Source: Gnetum montanum (Eukaryota; Plantae; Gnetophyta). Taken from it: DNA of 64,000 nucleotides. This document shows, in pieces, positions 24,238 through 38,800 of this stretch. Position numbers and translations under genes: made by a program. The stretch covers positions 566,780 to 630,779 of the forward strand of contig MNCI01002379.1 in the NCBI GenBank assembly GCA_015680685.1, in the 5' to 3' direction. Positions within the stretch are counted from its first letter, which is position 1, and each line of letters opens with the position of its first letter. Below the pieces are notes generated by a model. It was not told the DNA's origin. It was given only the letters and a program-made list of their open reading frames with translations, and did not search any database.

Positions 24238-27200
24238 ACCAACACTAGCAAGAATAGATCCAAACATGTACATGTATCCATCAATAGTTGGTTTAAATCA
24301 ACACCTGAATCCTTTATCACTTGTGCCACCTCCTAACATGCAAGGGGAACTACCATCACAAACATAGAAGAAGAGCACAACAATGATATTTGGTACACAA
24401 GAGGAGGTGATCAGATATGAATCACAACCCAAGAAATGACTGTTCCTCCAAATGAGTCCTAAAGAGATTCAGTGGATGGGAAATACATTTACTTCCATCC
24501 TATCCACATCCAATCCTCCCCAACATAATAAGCTTCCATCTTCATCAAATCCAAATTTCATAACTATCATGCTTACTTAGACAATCATACATTGGATCAA
24601 GGTAAGAGCCCTTCTAGAAAAATGAACTAATTTAGGAAGCCCCTTAGTTTATCTCTAGATAGTAGGGAAAAAACCATGTAAAGCTCTTAGTTTATCTCTA
24701 AATAGTAGGACAAAAACCATGTAAAGCTCTAATTGATTCTAGTTTAGGAGTGAACTTGATCTCATAAGACATATATCAGGCCTGGAATCTACCATTGCTA
24801 AAGAAGACTAACATTCTATTAGAGCTTGGAAACTAGTCAATCATAGTTCCACTAGGATAAGTGGATTATATGATTACAACCATTAGTGGTTCGTCTTGCC
24901 CTATATATTTTCTAGTCATTCATGTGAGAAAAAATAAGGCAGAATTTCCATTTATTCTAGAAAGAGCTTGGCTTAGCACTATTGATGCTAAGCTTGGAAT
25001 TCATAACTTGCCCTTGAAGATATTCAAGGAAGAAAAAGCTAGTATTATATAAAGATGGAGAGTTCCATGTATCACATATAATGATAGTAGGTGTAATTAT
25101 GTGCAAAGAATATGTGCTATTAGATGAGAGGATGCCAAAGCATGTAACAAATGTGTAGAAGAAATATGTGTGCATAAATGTCTATATGCAACCGCAACAT
25201 AACAAGAAGACACCCAATGGCTAATCACAAATGAAGAGATTGAATCAAATAAATACATGTAATGAGAAAAATTTTTTTTAGTGCCTACATTAAATAGAAT
25301 AATAAGTTAGAGAAATTAATGGTAAGGAACTTATACCCATGAATAAATCAAGAAGAAGATATAGAATGGGGATGAGTGGAGATCCCATACACTATGGAAC
25401 TAGAATTTTTGGAATTAAAGGCCCTATTGGCAACATTGGAATTTTCATTTTTGAACAATAAGAAGCTAGTAATAATCAATGCTAGTTTGAAAGAAAAATA
25501 GAGGATGAAGTTGTTGGAAGTAATTAATAGATGGCCTATTGCATTTGTGTGCTCTTACCATGAGATATGAGAATTGATACAAGAATCTCTCAAGATCGGA
25601 TATACACTAATCTAGTAGTCAAATCATGATAATAATCCCAATGAAGGATCAATTTCAAAAAAGTAGTCAAGAAAGAGTTGGAAAAATTCATAAAGGTAGG
25701 ATTCATCTATCCTATTGCAGATAGTGAATAGGTCAGTACTTTAGTGCTTGTTCCAAAGAATGTGGATAAATGACAAGTCTACATTGACTTCCAAATGTTG
25801 AACACTACTACATTCAATGATCACTTCCTGTTTCCATTTTTTGATCAAGTCCTAGAAACCATCACAAGACATGAATATGATAATTTTTTGGATGAATACA
25901 ATGAATACAATCAAATACAGATTACACTTAAAGACCAGGAGAAAAAAATGTTCACCAATCCATGGGGAACATTTTCCTACAAGTAGATGTCCTCCAATCT
26001 ATGCAATGCACTAGCCACCTTCTAGAGACTTGTGCTTAACATCTTCTAGAAGAAGATAGAAAATGATGCAGAAGTGTGTATGGATGATTTTTCAATGTAT
26101 AGGTTAGATTTCAATCAACCACTAGATTAGTTGTATAAAGTACTAAAGAGATGTGTGGAAACCAATCTCAAGCTCAACTAGTAGCAAAGCCATCTCATGG
26201 TCCAAGATGGTTTTGTGTTGGAACACAAAATATTCCAAAAAGGTATCGAGGTAGACCTTGAAAAGATTAGAGTCATACAAAATATTTCTTAAAGGCCATA
26301 GATAGTGAAAGATGTGAGATCATTCTTAGGCCATAAAAAATATTATAGAAGATTCATAGAAACTCATGAAGAAGGATGCACCCTAAACTCATGAAGAAGG
26401 ATGCACCCTTATAATGGACAGAGTTGTGTAAAAAAATATTCAAACCTCTAAAGTAGAAACTAGTAGAGGCACCAATCATTCAAGCTCTAGATTGGTCAAG
26501 AACTTTTTACATCATGATCGATGTTTCCAACTATGCACTTGGTGTAGTATGGACATAATTAGATGGTCAGAAGAGCTCTTACTATATAGGTTGTACCAAC
26601 ATGAGCATCACTGGAGCAAAATTAAACTACATCAAAAAAGAAAAGAAGTTGATGATCATGGTGTATGTGCTTGAGAATTTCAAACATTACATGCTTAAAT
26701 ATCAAATCTATATCCATATTGTTCATAGTTCCATCCAATTTCTCATGAACAAACCAGCAGTTAGTCCTAAAGTGATAAGATGGCTTGTTATCCTACAAGT
26801 ATTCAACATCATGATGATCAACAAGAAGAAAATAGAAAACGTGGTAGATGAACATCTATCAAGGTTAAAATGGAGTTTCAAAGATCAATTAGAACCTTTA
26901 TTAGACCAATTCCTAGATGAAGATCTATTCATCAAAATAATATAGGTTGTAAGTACAGTAGGGAAGCCATGCATTGTAGAATATTTAACTTATCTAACAA
27001 TACAAGAGCTTTATACTAAATGAACTAATAAAAACTGAGAAAAATTCCTTCATAGAGAAAGAATATATATGGAAATTAATGGCAACCTTTATAAGATTTG
27101 TTCAAATGGGATTGTCAAATGATGTGTGCTAGAATGTGATCAACAAAAAGTTTTATAGGACACTCATGAAGATCCATGTGGTGGCCACTATGCAGGGTGT

Positions 27201-29075
27201 AGAACAATACTCAAGCTAATGATGGTAGGTTACTTTTAGCATATCTTATTTAGAGTTTTCTATACTTTCATGCAATCTTGTGAGTAATGACAAAGAGATG
27301 GAGATACAACAACTTGAACCTTTTGACATATAGGGAATTGACTTAATGGGGTCCATAACACCAATGTCAAATAAAAAAGAATACATAATTCTAACTATGG
27401 ATTACTATATGAAGTGGGTAGAGGCAGCACTAGTAAAATACTGTACAATGAAGATAGCTACCAAATTTTTCCAGCAACATGTGGTGAATAGATTTAGGTA
27501 CCAAGAATGCTCATATTAGATAATGGGACTCACTTCACTAGTGCTACATTCAAAAAGCTCATGTAATAACTTGGGGTGAATCATAAGCTAAGAACATCAT
27601 ATTATCCCTAAGCAAATGGTTAAGTTGAAGCTACTAATTAAGAAATTAGTAGGACACTCACTAGGATGGTTAGTAGGTCTAGAAAGGATTGGATCACTAA
27701 ACTGAATGATGCTCTATGGGCCTATAGGACATATTGGAAACCACCAATAGGATACTCACCATATGAGTTAGTTTACAGAAATTTGCCAACACTCTTGATC
27801 CAAGCAAAGCTCCATGCTTGAGCTACTACCAGTGAACTTAACTTTGACTTGAGGTTAGTCCAATGAGAATGCCTCATGAATTTAAAAATTTTAGATGAGA
27901 ATAGGCTTGTAGCACTCATGAGTAATGAGGTCCACAAACATTACTCCAAATTTAGGCACAATACATGGATAAAGCATGTACCTACACAACTAAGTGATAA
28001 GTTCCTTTGCTATAATCTTAATAATCTATCCAAAAATGATAAATTTTTGACACTTTAGAAGGGACCATATATTTTTCAAGCCACTTATCCATCTAGTGCC
28101 TTACATATCTACCACCCATTCCATTAACATAAGCTCACACTTATGACTATTCAACAAGTCATACTCTATTATGAATATTCCAAGGAATCTACCCAATCTA
28201 CCCAATAGTCTTCTACATGCTCTATCTTCCATTTAACCAATTCTAATGATAATCATAGGGGTGTCAGTCTAGAACTATTGGTACCTCACTAAGATTTTTG
28301 TTTTCTTTTCATTTTTCACATTCTTTGATATTTTCTCATCCTTCTATACTTTTCATTTCTTAAATTTTCAATATTCTTTTACATTTTTCAATTCTTTAAT
28401 GATTTTTCATTCTTTACATCTTTTTCCAATTCTTACTATCTTTTCAATACTTTATTTTCATGATATTTATAAATAATTTTGATTACCAATAAAAAATATT
28501 AAGAATAAGACAAGATGTAGATCAATAAGGTGAAGATTTCTCTATGTTATCAAGTCATAGGGGACTGATTATTTGAATAATGAGACCACATCATTCATCC
28601 CTTTATTCCATTAATAAGAGGTTCTTATCATGGACATAATGACATTCTTTCCATCATAAAAATAATAATAAACTTGTAATCATTATTCTTGGACTAAAAA
28701 GTTAAGAACCAAGTGGTAATGTAAAGGGTGTGACATCAAGGGGATTTCTGGACTCTCTTGGATTACTTTTGTTAGTTTTATCTTGTTTTTTGGCTTGTAT
28801 TATATCCTTGTAGACCTAATGAAAAATGGGAGTAAGAGTAAAATAAGTGCTACCTTACCATGTCACTAGAAGAACATGTTACCCATGCCTAAAGGTAGTC
28901 CTCTGGTAAGGTTGACACAAATGAAAATAAAAACAATGCACAAAACAAATTTTTGGGGGTTCCATTGGAATGACATCTTACCCATGCCTAAAGGTAGATG
29001 GCTTCTTAAAAATATTAAAAAATAAGAAAGTGCAATGAATAAGCTCCTCCTTTCGACAATACACCAAGTGATGAT
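24238..29075 (+). mobile_element. Element D: Athila-like Ty3/gypsy internal fragment, interrupted by B and C
   Basis: PR-RT-RH-INT order without an extra RNase H, followed by 3' non-coding sequence; bounded by LTRs of B and C. Confidence 0.75.
24700..28200 (+). pseudogene. pol: pol of D (protease, RT, RNase H, integrase)
   Basis: PR ALIDS...FPFILERAWL; RT DHFLFPFFDQVLE...YNQIQI...PWGTFSY and CMDDF at ~26076; RH ORF 26601-26945; INT CGGHY, GIDL, KWVEA, DNGTHF and DALWAYRT. Confidence 0.85.
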
Positions 29076-30496
29076 TGTAGTGACTAAAAATTTCAACCAT
29101 TGGAAAGCCAAAAATCTTAGTCGGATTAACCTCAACCTCAAATCCATAGGGCCTCTAAAAAATGAGATTTAGGATACCCTAGATGGTTTGGTAGATTACC
29201 CAGGGACTTAGGGGGATGCAAACTGAGGGCAATAAAATGAAAAGATATAGATCTCTAAAATGATGCATTGAAAATATAATGATTAAATCTAAAATTGCAC
29301 ATAAAATGAAACTATAAAATTTATTGAATGAATAAAGAATAAGTTTAGGAATGTGCAAAAACTTTGTGCTTGTTTAGAGAGTAACAAGGTTTCACTTAAG
29401 TAGGGGTTTAGAGCCTATTAAAGCTATGATCAACTCCATAATATAGTATCTCTACCACTTTTGATGCTATCGAACCTTCTCTACTGGTACTCCAAATCTA
29501 CAACATTGGTAAATGATGGGGTTGAGAAATGTGAAGGATTATGGTTGCCAAAATGCTCCACTCTAGGATTTGGGGATTGCAAGGGGTAGCATTAACATCC
29601 AAGGCTCACAAAGCCTAAGGGAATTAATAGGGGTAACAAGGCTATAATGGTTCTATGCTGGAAGGCTCCAAGAAGTTTCATTTCTATTGGATAGCAAGAG
29701 CTCTTGAATGCCTAAAAAATGCCAAAGTATCTAAGCTTGAAATGGTGTGGGGTTTTGATTTTTCTAGGATTTTGGCCTTGATTGGGATTGCAAATTCACT
29801 ATAAAGAGCTTATAGATTGGCTGAAAATTACTACCATGTTCAGGTGAGGTAGGTGCCTAAAATCTAGGGTTAGGGTTTGGGGGGGGGGGGNNNNNNNNNN
29901 NNNNNNNNNNNNNNNNNNNNNNNNNNNNNNNNNNNNNNNNNNNNNNNNNNNNNNNNNNNNNNNNNNNNNNNNNNNNNNNNNNNNNNNNNNNNNNNNNNNN
30001 NNNNNNNNNNNNNNNNNNNNNNNNNNNNNNNNNNNNTAAAAGTTCAACATTGGGGATGAAGTCAAACCCCTCTATGCTAAGCATCACCCCTCTCCACACT
30101 AGGGGTAGGTAAGATCCACCCCCCTACATCCTTCCACATTTTCTTTAACTCCTCTACACTAGGGAGGTAAGTGAGATCTACCTCCTATAAGTGTTTTTAG
30201 CATAGAAGAAGTTATACCCCCCATAAAATCCATCAAATTACCATTTTTGGCATTCAAAAAATAATTTTTGATCCCCCCTTCCAAGATCAAATATAGACAT
30301 CACATGACTTTTTCCACTTGGGGGATGAGGCTTTGATCACTTATGAGGCATTTGTAGCCCCAAAGTACAAATTATGTGAAATTGCCCCTCAGGTTTTAAT
30401 TTTCACATTTACAATGAGGTCTTACCTCAGGGTTTCATGGGGTGAAGTCTACATGATGAAACATGATTACAACATGTAGATTTTGGTGGTGTTTCA
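29076..30496 (-). repeat. 3' LTR of element C
   Basis: TGTAGT...GGTGTTTCA; similar to LTR 22663-24237; adjacent to the PPT (minus strand CAACAAAGAGGAACCAT). Confidence 0.85.
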
Positions 30497-31434
30497 ATGG
30501 TTCCTCTTTGTTGATGTTTGGAGGATTAACCCAAGAGGCATCAACAAAGAATACAAAACACCATTATAGGTCCATCATTGACATTTCCCCTTTGTGCTTG
30601 ATCTAGTTATGTTGAACCATGCTGAAGAGTCCTTGTGATGGAGTAAGGTTATAATGGGAATATAGTAAGGAGGTCATGATGAAAGAGTTATGAAGGCTAA
30701 CAATGCATCTCAAGTATTGACACCATGGCTATAATATGATGTTGACATATTGTCTCTTCATGTTTGAAAGTGTGGTTCTCTAAGAAAAAGCAGTTGCAGA
30801 ACCATCAACTCACTCCAAGGTTATTCTAGCCATAAGGCTTCTCCCTTATTTACTAGTCATCTAGCTTGGCAATTTTCATCTCCATTTTTCATTTTTTTGT
30901 GGTGTGAACCCTTCATTGGGTTTCATTGCCATGGTCAATTTAATATAGTTTTCCTATTGAATGAGTTGCGTTACACTCAATGGACTTAGGAGTTATTCAA
31001 TCAAACGAGATGTGTTATGCATGATGGACTTAATTGTTTTTTCACTAAATGATCTATGTTACATTCAAGTAGACTTGAGGATGGATCATGATGAAGAGAT
31101 ATCATATGGCTATAGTGCATGAGTGGCAAACATAGGTCAACATTTTTTTTCAAGGTATCAAAGATCATAATCATGCTATGGGGCTGAGATCATAGAGTTG
31201 TCCTAGATGGAGGGAAATGGTATAAGCTTTATTAACAAATCAAGACAAACTTACCAAATCTTGTACATTTAGGTCACATGGTGACTTGTTGCCATAATGA
31301 ATTTCACCCTTGTGATTGCTTTAGGCTTCATCTTACAAACACAACTCCAAGAGGACAAGAAAACCAATGAAATAGAACATGTTATAACATTGCAATGCAT
31401 ATAGGCCACATAGAATGATAAGCTACCCAAGTTA

Positions 31435-31675
31435 CTAGTGTTGCCAATTTAAGTCCATGGTGGGCCATGGTACCAGTTGAAGGCCCTAGTAGGTTGTAAT
31501 ACTAGTTTAAGATCATAGAGGACTATATTACCAGTTTAAGGCCTCAGTAGGCTATATTGAAGGTTTAAGGCCTTGACAAGCCATGGTACAAGTTTAAGTT
31601 CGTAGCAGACCATATTACTGATTTAACATCTAAACAAGTTGTATTGTTGGTTTAAGGTCTTGGTAGGTCATAATG
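31435..31675. repeat. 29-bp tandem array in the 3' UTR of C, ~8 copies
   Basis: Repeated (A/G)GTTTAAGGCC-like units. Confidence 0.8.
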
Positions 31676-31722
31676 AATTAGGCTCTCTTGTTGATGATTA
31701 TTGATGTCATGGCTACTATATG

Positions 31723-34700
31723 TCACATGTAATAAGGCTTTAAATAGTAATGGTTGATCAAATTAGCCAACTCATTCCCATTCATGTTTGTCATCCTAAA
31801 TCGTCCATTACTATAGGCTTTGGTGACAGGAAAGGGCCCTTCCTAGTTGGCCTAGAATTTATCTGCATGCTCATGGATATCCTTGAATACTAGGTCACCC
31901 TCATTGATCTCACACTTGGTTAAGTTATGGTGGTGGTGCTATTTCTACCTCTCTTGATATTGCTTGACATGAGCAAGTGCACACACACATTGCTCCTACA
32001 TTGAGTCTAGGTTTGCTATCTACAATCCCTTGATTTTTTCATCATTGATGAAGTTAGTTAGAGCTACTCAAAGTGACGAAACATGAAATTCAATAGGTCA
32101 AATAATTTTAGAACCCTAAACCAAGCTATAAGGTGTTACACCAGTTGTGTTATGGTAAGTTGTACAATAGGCCTAGAATGCATGGACAAGCCATTCATGC
32201 CACTTGTGTTTATTGCTATTTAGCATTTTCTTAAGTAAGTTGATGATGGCCTTATTACTTACATCTACTTGTCCATTACCTTGAGGGTAACAAGGTGATG
32301 AGAAAGAGTGTTTAATGCCTAGGTCATGATAGAAATCCTTTGTTTTTTGGCTAGTATATTTTGGTCCATTATTTGTAACTATGGTTATGGGTATGCCAAA
32401 ATAGGCTACAATGTTATCCAATATGAATTTATAGACTTTTTTGAATGTAGTCTTTCATAGAGGAATAGCCTCAACCCACTTAGTAAAGGACTTAGTTACA
32501 ATGATGATGAAGTTATGCCCTACATAAGACTTAGACATTATAGGCCCAATGATCTGCAACCCCCATTGTTGAAATGACCAAGTGATCTAAGTAGTATGTA
32601 ACTCAGTTGGCAATGCATGTATTAGGTTACTATGTCATTGGTATGTGTCATAGGTCTTAACCTTTTGTAGGCAGTCACTTTTCATGTGGAGCTAGTAATA
32701 ACCTAACTGTCTAATCTTAGCGGTCATAGCTATAGGTTCTATTTGTCCTCCACAAATACCCTTATGAACCTACTCTAAAACTATTCTAGCTTTAGCTCTA
32801 CCAAACACCAATGTAGGGCTATCGACATAATGTGTTATTGTATACTATGATGTACTATTTTGATAATTTATATATAGCATCTTTTTGAGCAGTAGTTAAG
32901 CCCTATAAAGATTCATCATGTACAAGGTAAAATTTGATATTTTCATACCACTCCTTGATAGGAGTGATATGAACAAGCCACAAAGGTATCCTCAGTGCTT
33001 TGTGTAATGGGTATAGTACAATCCATGATTAAGATGGACAACTTACTAAACACATTTGATGTTACATTGAGGGATAATGTTGCAATGGCATCAACTATAA
33101 CATTCTCATTTTGTGATATGTGTTGGATATTAACATCTATGAAAGTTTGTAACAATTGCTTACTTAGGTCATAGTAAGGTTGTAAATGTTTGGCTCTGCA
33201 TGCATAAACCTTAATTACTTGGTTAACCACAAGCTGTGAGTTGCCTTTGATCATTAATCACTTGATTCCTAGGTTTTGAGTCACCATCATCCCCCTAATT
33301 ATATCCTTATACTCTATTATGTTGTTGGTACATAGAAGCTCAAAACAATAGGCAAAGGAATGGATTTCATTAGATGGGAATGTTCTGATGGTAGAGGCAC
33401 TAGCCCCATGAGTAGTTGAAGCTCCTTCAATGTTCATGACTGCCTCATAGCCCTTAGGTACTTGGCTAATGGTGTTATGTTCATTAGGAAACTTAGGATC
33501 TATGGTTGCTTGGTCATAAATGGGTGAAATAGTGAGTTGTATGGCTATAGCTTGACCTTTTGTTGAGGATTAAGAGATGTAATGAAAGTTAAACTCCATG
33601 GTTATGGCTTTCCATTGGGCTATATATCTACTCTTATAAATGTTGGTTGTTATAGCTTTAAGTATGTTGTATTTGAAATGATGTTGACCTACCTTCTAAA
33701 GAGGTAGTGCCTCAACCTTTTCAATGAGAAGACTAGTGGTAGAAAGTATTTCTCAACTCCAGTGTATCAGGTCTTGTGGGCAACTAATGCATGGCTAAGG
33801 TAGTATATTGGCATCTCAACTTTGGCATCCTATTTTTGACAGAGTAGAGAGGTAATGGATGTGTCAAAGATATCAAGGTAGATGTAAAATGATTTACCCT
33901 CTTGTAAGGAATAGACCATCAGTGGTGTGCTAACTCTTGCTTAAGGTTTTCAAAGGCCTCTTGGCATTGAGCCATCCACTCATAGTGAACCCCTTTCTTA
34001 ATCAAGTGTTGCATGGGTTGTAGCTTATTCGTGAGCCTAGTGATAAACCTATAGATAAATTGCAATCTACCTTGTAATCCCCAAATATCATTAAGTTTAG
34101 TAGGTACCACCAAGTTGGATATGGCCCTAACCTTATTACGTTTGACATGTATCCCTTCTTTAGACACTACAAAGGTAAGCATCTTATCAGTCTTGACATC
34201 AAAGATACACTTAGGATTGATCCTAAGCTCATACTTGAGGCATAGTTCAAGCACAAGATCTAAGTAATTAGCATGGTTGTTGGCCACCTTGGATTTAATG
34301 TTTATATTATCCACATAGTCATTGAGAAAACCTAGCATGTAATCATTAAATATATAGATCATGGCTCTCTGGTAAGTTGCTCCTACATTCTTAAGGCAAA
34401 ATGATATCATGATATAGCAAAAGGTACCCAAAGGGGCCATGAAGGTTATGTTAATTTGGTGTTATGGATTGATCCTAATCTAGTTATATCTTGAAAACCC
34501 ATCCCTAAAAGACAATAAGACATGTCTACTCGTAGTATCAATAAGTCAATCAATATTAGGCAAAGGGAAGTCATCCTTGATGGTTATCTTATTTAGGTCT
34601 TAGAAATTGATGCAAATATGGATATTCCTATTTTTCTTAGGGACTACCACTATGTTGGACATCCATTTTGCATAGTTAATAGCTCAGATCAAACCTAATT

Positions 34701-35189
34701 GATAGAGTATTGAGATCTCATCATGAACTACTAAGGCCAAATCAAGTCTAACCTTGTTCACCTTTGCATAACTAGTCTAATGCTAGGGTACAGTATGATG
34801 TTGTGTTGGGCTAGACATAGGTCTAGGTCCAACATATCTTCATATGACTAGGAAAAGATCTTGATGTTATGCTATAGGACCTTGGTGATTTCTTGAGCTT
34901 GTTGAGGTTCTAGCGAGAAACTTAGTTTAAGGGTTTTCTCATTACTACTGTGTGTTGTGATGGGAACCTTAACTAGAGAGTCTCTAGTTATGTCACTAGC
35001 CTTAGGGTTGAGGGTCTTAACTAGGTTTTTAGTTCATTCTAAGGATTTTTTGATGGAGGCTATGTGGTCAACAAAACTCAGAGGCTCAAGATCTATACAA
35101 TCAAGGTTACTATATCACTTAACATTACCATGGGGTCCATGTAGGCGCAAAGGCAAACTGATCTACTTCTAGGTACCCATACTTTAATT
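31723..35189 (-). pseudogene. pol: pol of C: RT - RNase H - additional archaeal-type RNase H - integrase
   Basis: ORF 33919-34440 RT (NVGATYQRAM, YVDN); RH PIYYLSHAL at ~33790; aRH TNNIIEY and KGNSQLVVNQV (ORF 32943-33254); INT ORF 32173-32421 (YPQGNGQ); ends YYLKPYYM*. This domain order is that of Ogre/Retand-type Tat elements. Confidence 0.9.
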
Positions 35190-35879
35190 CTGCATGTCAA
35201 CCAAAAGAATATTAAGTGGCACCTAGATAATAGTAAATGAACAATGCCTAATTATTGTGAAATTATCCAAATACATGCTATTCTAATGCAAATAAGGGCA
35301 TCCAAGCCTATAAATAGAGTAAAAATAACCAAATAAGATGCAGTAAGGGCCAAAAAAGGGCTAACAAGGGTCAAACAAAGGGTAGTATGAGAAATAAGAT
35401 AATAAATGGTAAATAAGGATCACAATTTTGCTAGTTTTAGGCCCTAGAGGCCATGATGCTAGTTTAAGGACTTAGTGGGCCATGATGCTAATTTAAGGTA
35501 TTAGCGAGCCATGGTCACATGGTGTTAATGTTAGTTAAGAAAGGTCAAACACCATAATTCAATAACAACCAAAGGCTAAACATGGCTACACTAGGATATA
35601 ACATAGAGAATAAAGGCTAACATGTTGAAAGAGGAAGTAGGGTGAGGCTAAACAAGGTCAACAGTGCACAATTGGTCATGATATGATAAGACAAGGTCAA
35701 ACAAGGCATAGTGAAATACATATGGTGAATCTTGATCACAACATGGTAAAAAATGGTTAGATTCTACTAGTTTTAGTCCTTAGTAGGTCATGGATTGAGG
35801 CTACAAAGTTCATGGGCTAGTTTGGGCATTAATCAGGGTTATTTCCAAGTTGTTTGGACTAAGAAAGCAAGGGTTCTAA

Positions 35880-38800
35880 TGCTTCCACACTAGCTCCACA
35901 CTAGCTAGCTTAGAAGGGATGACCCTAAGCATGGAGGAAACATCCAAAGAATTTTCAAGAAATTTTTTGACTAGTTTTAAACTCTTGGTGGCTTGTATGT
36001 TAGTGAAGTTGACTAGGGAAGGGCATAGGTTACTTTTAACATGTATTTCGACCTCTCATATCCCTCTTTTGAGCCTAAAAGTATCTTCCACATTGGTTTC
36101 ATGCTGGCTAGCATGGATACCAAGAAAAACATGTTACATGACATACAAATGATCAAAATTGGGGTTCTAGGGCCTTCCTAGGATAGCGTAGGACAAGATT
36201 TATCAAAATTGGTTACTTTAGGAATCAAAATTAGTAAAAAAGCACATGTTAAAGTTACACATCCTTGTCTTCATGATAACCAACATGGATGGAAGGGGAT
36301 TTGGGATAGAGAACTCATAACTAGGCTAAAATAGAATCAAAGAGGATTACATGGATAATATAAACCAATATTTGAGAGTTATGTATCCCCTAGCTACATT
36401 TTAAGGCCATATGCCTAAGGTTTTAAGTGCTACAACAAGTTGGAAGGAGTTTCCATGTTGGATCCACATTGGCCAGTGTGGAGTTAGCATGGAATAGAGA
36501 TGGGACTCTTGTGTTTTGATCCTAGAGTAATCTAGAGAGAAAATCAACTAGGTTTCTAGGCTCATAGTGCTACAAACTATGATTTCCCAAGCTTTTGGTT
36601 AATTTCAATCATGTTTAGAGGCTATTTGAGGCCAAGAAAGGTTACACCCCCCTTGATCCATGCTGGGGGGAGGGGGTGTTTCTCCAACATGGAGGAGAGG
36701 AGTTGATGAGTTTTAAGGGATAAAGTGAGGTCAAACTAGTGTTATCGTAAGGCTATGGGATCCCAGGCTTCCTTGATGAAGGCTTTTGGCTCCCAAGAGT
36801 GTCAACATGCTATTGAAATGGGAAAAGCAATTAAATCATGTTGGCTCCACACTAGCTAACATGGAAGAAGGGGTATCCAATTTGGATAGATCATAAATCT
36901 TAGATCTAGGAAAATTTTGACCATAATCAACCATGCATGTTAGCCTCTGGGGTCACCAACATCAAGGGTTAGGGTTTAGAGTAAAAATCTAGATGTTGCT
37001 ATAGTTCCTAAGTGGCTTTTTAAGTCACACCCTTGGATTCATGTTGGCCACTATGGATCCAAAGTGGAGGGCCTTAGGGAATGGAGTTTTTAAATTTTTT
37101 GATAGGTATTGATCATGCATGTGTTTTTCTAGGGTCACTTGTGTCGATGGCTAGGGCTCATAGTTAGAAATGGGTAATTTTGAATGTTGTTAGGTAGTTT
37201 TTTGGATTATCCCCTTTGTTCCATACTAGCTTCATCTTAGCTAGCATGAGAAATCATAGGGAAAATTTTTGTTATTTTTGATCAATTTTGGATATGCATA
37301 TCCACTCTCAGGGTCACTGGTATTGATCGCTAGAGCCTAGGATCAAAACTTGGTAATTTTGAGGGTCTCTTGAGAGTTTTTGAGATTGCCTCCTTAATTC
37401 AACATTGGCCACCATGGAACTAGCATAAAATACCTTAGGGGATTTATTTATGACTATTTGAGCTAAATTTTCAAATTTTGGTAGCTCCCAAATGTGTGGA
37501 CATGGTTAGAGGGTAAGTATAGGTAAATGTTTCATAATTTAGATGCATCTATGATCTTCAATTAAATTCCTAGATGCATTCATGCTAGCTCCATTTTGGC
37601 AAGCATGGAGGAGAGGGATATTCAACATGGAGGCCAAGAACCTCACAAAAAATGATCATTTTTGACAAGTTCTAGTTGCTAGAGCCTTTGGGAAGTTTGG
37701 GTTATCAAAAGAAGTTCATTTGGAGGTAAATATTGAGATTTTTAGCTATCATGTTGGCTTTAGACTTACTAGTGTGGATAGGATCTCCCCTTAGCATGGA
37801 TGAACCTAGAATCATGTTTTAGGCCACTTTCAATAAGTTTCAATAGGGTTTCAAAGCTAACAGGGTTGTAGAGGATGTAGGATCATGAATTAGTATCAAA
37901 ATCAATTAGTTTGAAGGCTCCTAGGTGTCCATGTATTCATCCCCCCTTTTCTTCACATTGGGTATAATGGCTTTAATGTGGAAAGAAAGGGGGGTAATGA
38001 CTTCTTGCCATTTTTAATCAATTCATGGTATCTAAAGGCTTTAGGAGACTTTGATAGGGTCTATAGATCACTAGGGTATGTCACTAGGCCATTTTTGGCT
38101 ATAGAGAAGGTTATAGTAGACATCCCTAGGGCATCCACACTGGTTCCATGCTAGCCAAGGTGGAGAGGAGGGTTCACCAATGAGGAGAAGCTTCAAGGGT
38201 GAAAATCAACTTGAAATTATGCTACTATTAACTACTAGAGGTCATGGAAAAGTGTAGGGCCTATCGAGGTGAAATTTATGCTCTCTTAGGGCTTGAAGAA
38301 TTGTTTTATGTCATACCCCCTAAGCTTTTATGCTGGCTCCATGTCGGGTAATGTGGACAAGGGGGGAGGAGGAATCACCAATTTGGGGATGTATGTAAGT
38401 TCAAAATCAACTTATTTTAAGGAATAGATAGGCTACTAGAGGCTATCAAGTAGTGTTAGGATTAAGATATGACAACTAGATTGTTAATCTAGGCTATTTG
38501 AGGTCAACCCCCATCCATCCACATTGGCTCCACACTAGCAAATGTGGAGGAAACCTTTCATAGCATGGATCAACTAATTCCAAATTTTTTATGAACTTTT
38601 GACTAGGTTTGATGAGGTTTCAAGGCTACAAGAAGTGATCGGAGTGGTCCTAGATCATGTGGGTCCACTCTAGGGATTAGATCTAGTTGTGATGAGCATT
38701 GGAAGGTGGTAAGAATGGGTGTTAGCCCCTAGCTTCATGTTGGGATCCACACTAGCCATCATGAAAGCCAAAAATATAAAGGTATGCCAAGAGCTATCCT

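Noticed and set aside
29076-30496. Solo LTR with TSD ATGAT/ATGGT
   Set aside because: The right flank is the PPT spacer followed by 3' UTR and integrase, so it is the 3' LTR of C.
22663-30496. One element formed by LTRs 22663-24237 and 29076-30496 around the pol at 24.7-28.2 kb
   Set aside because: PBS and PPT face outward, and the enclosed pol is on the opposite strand and of a different, Athila-like type.
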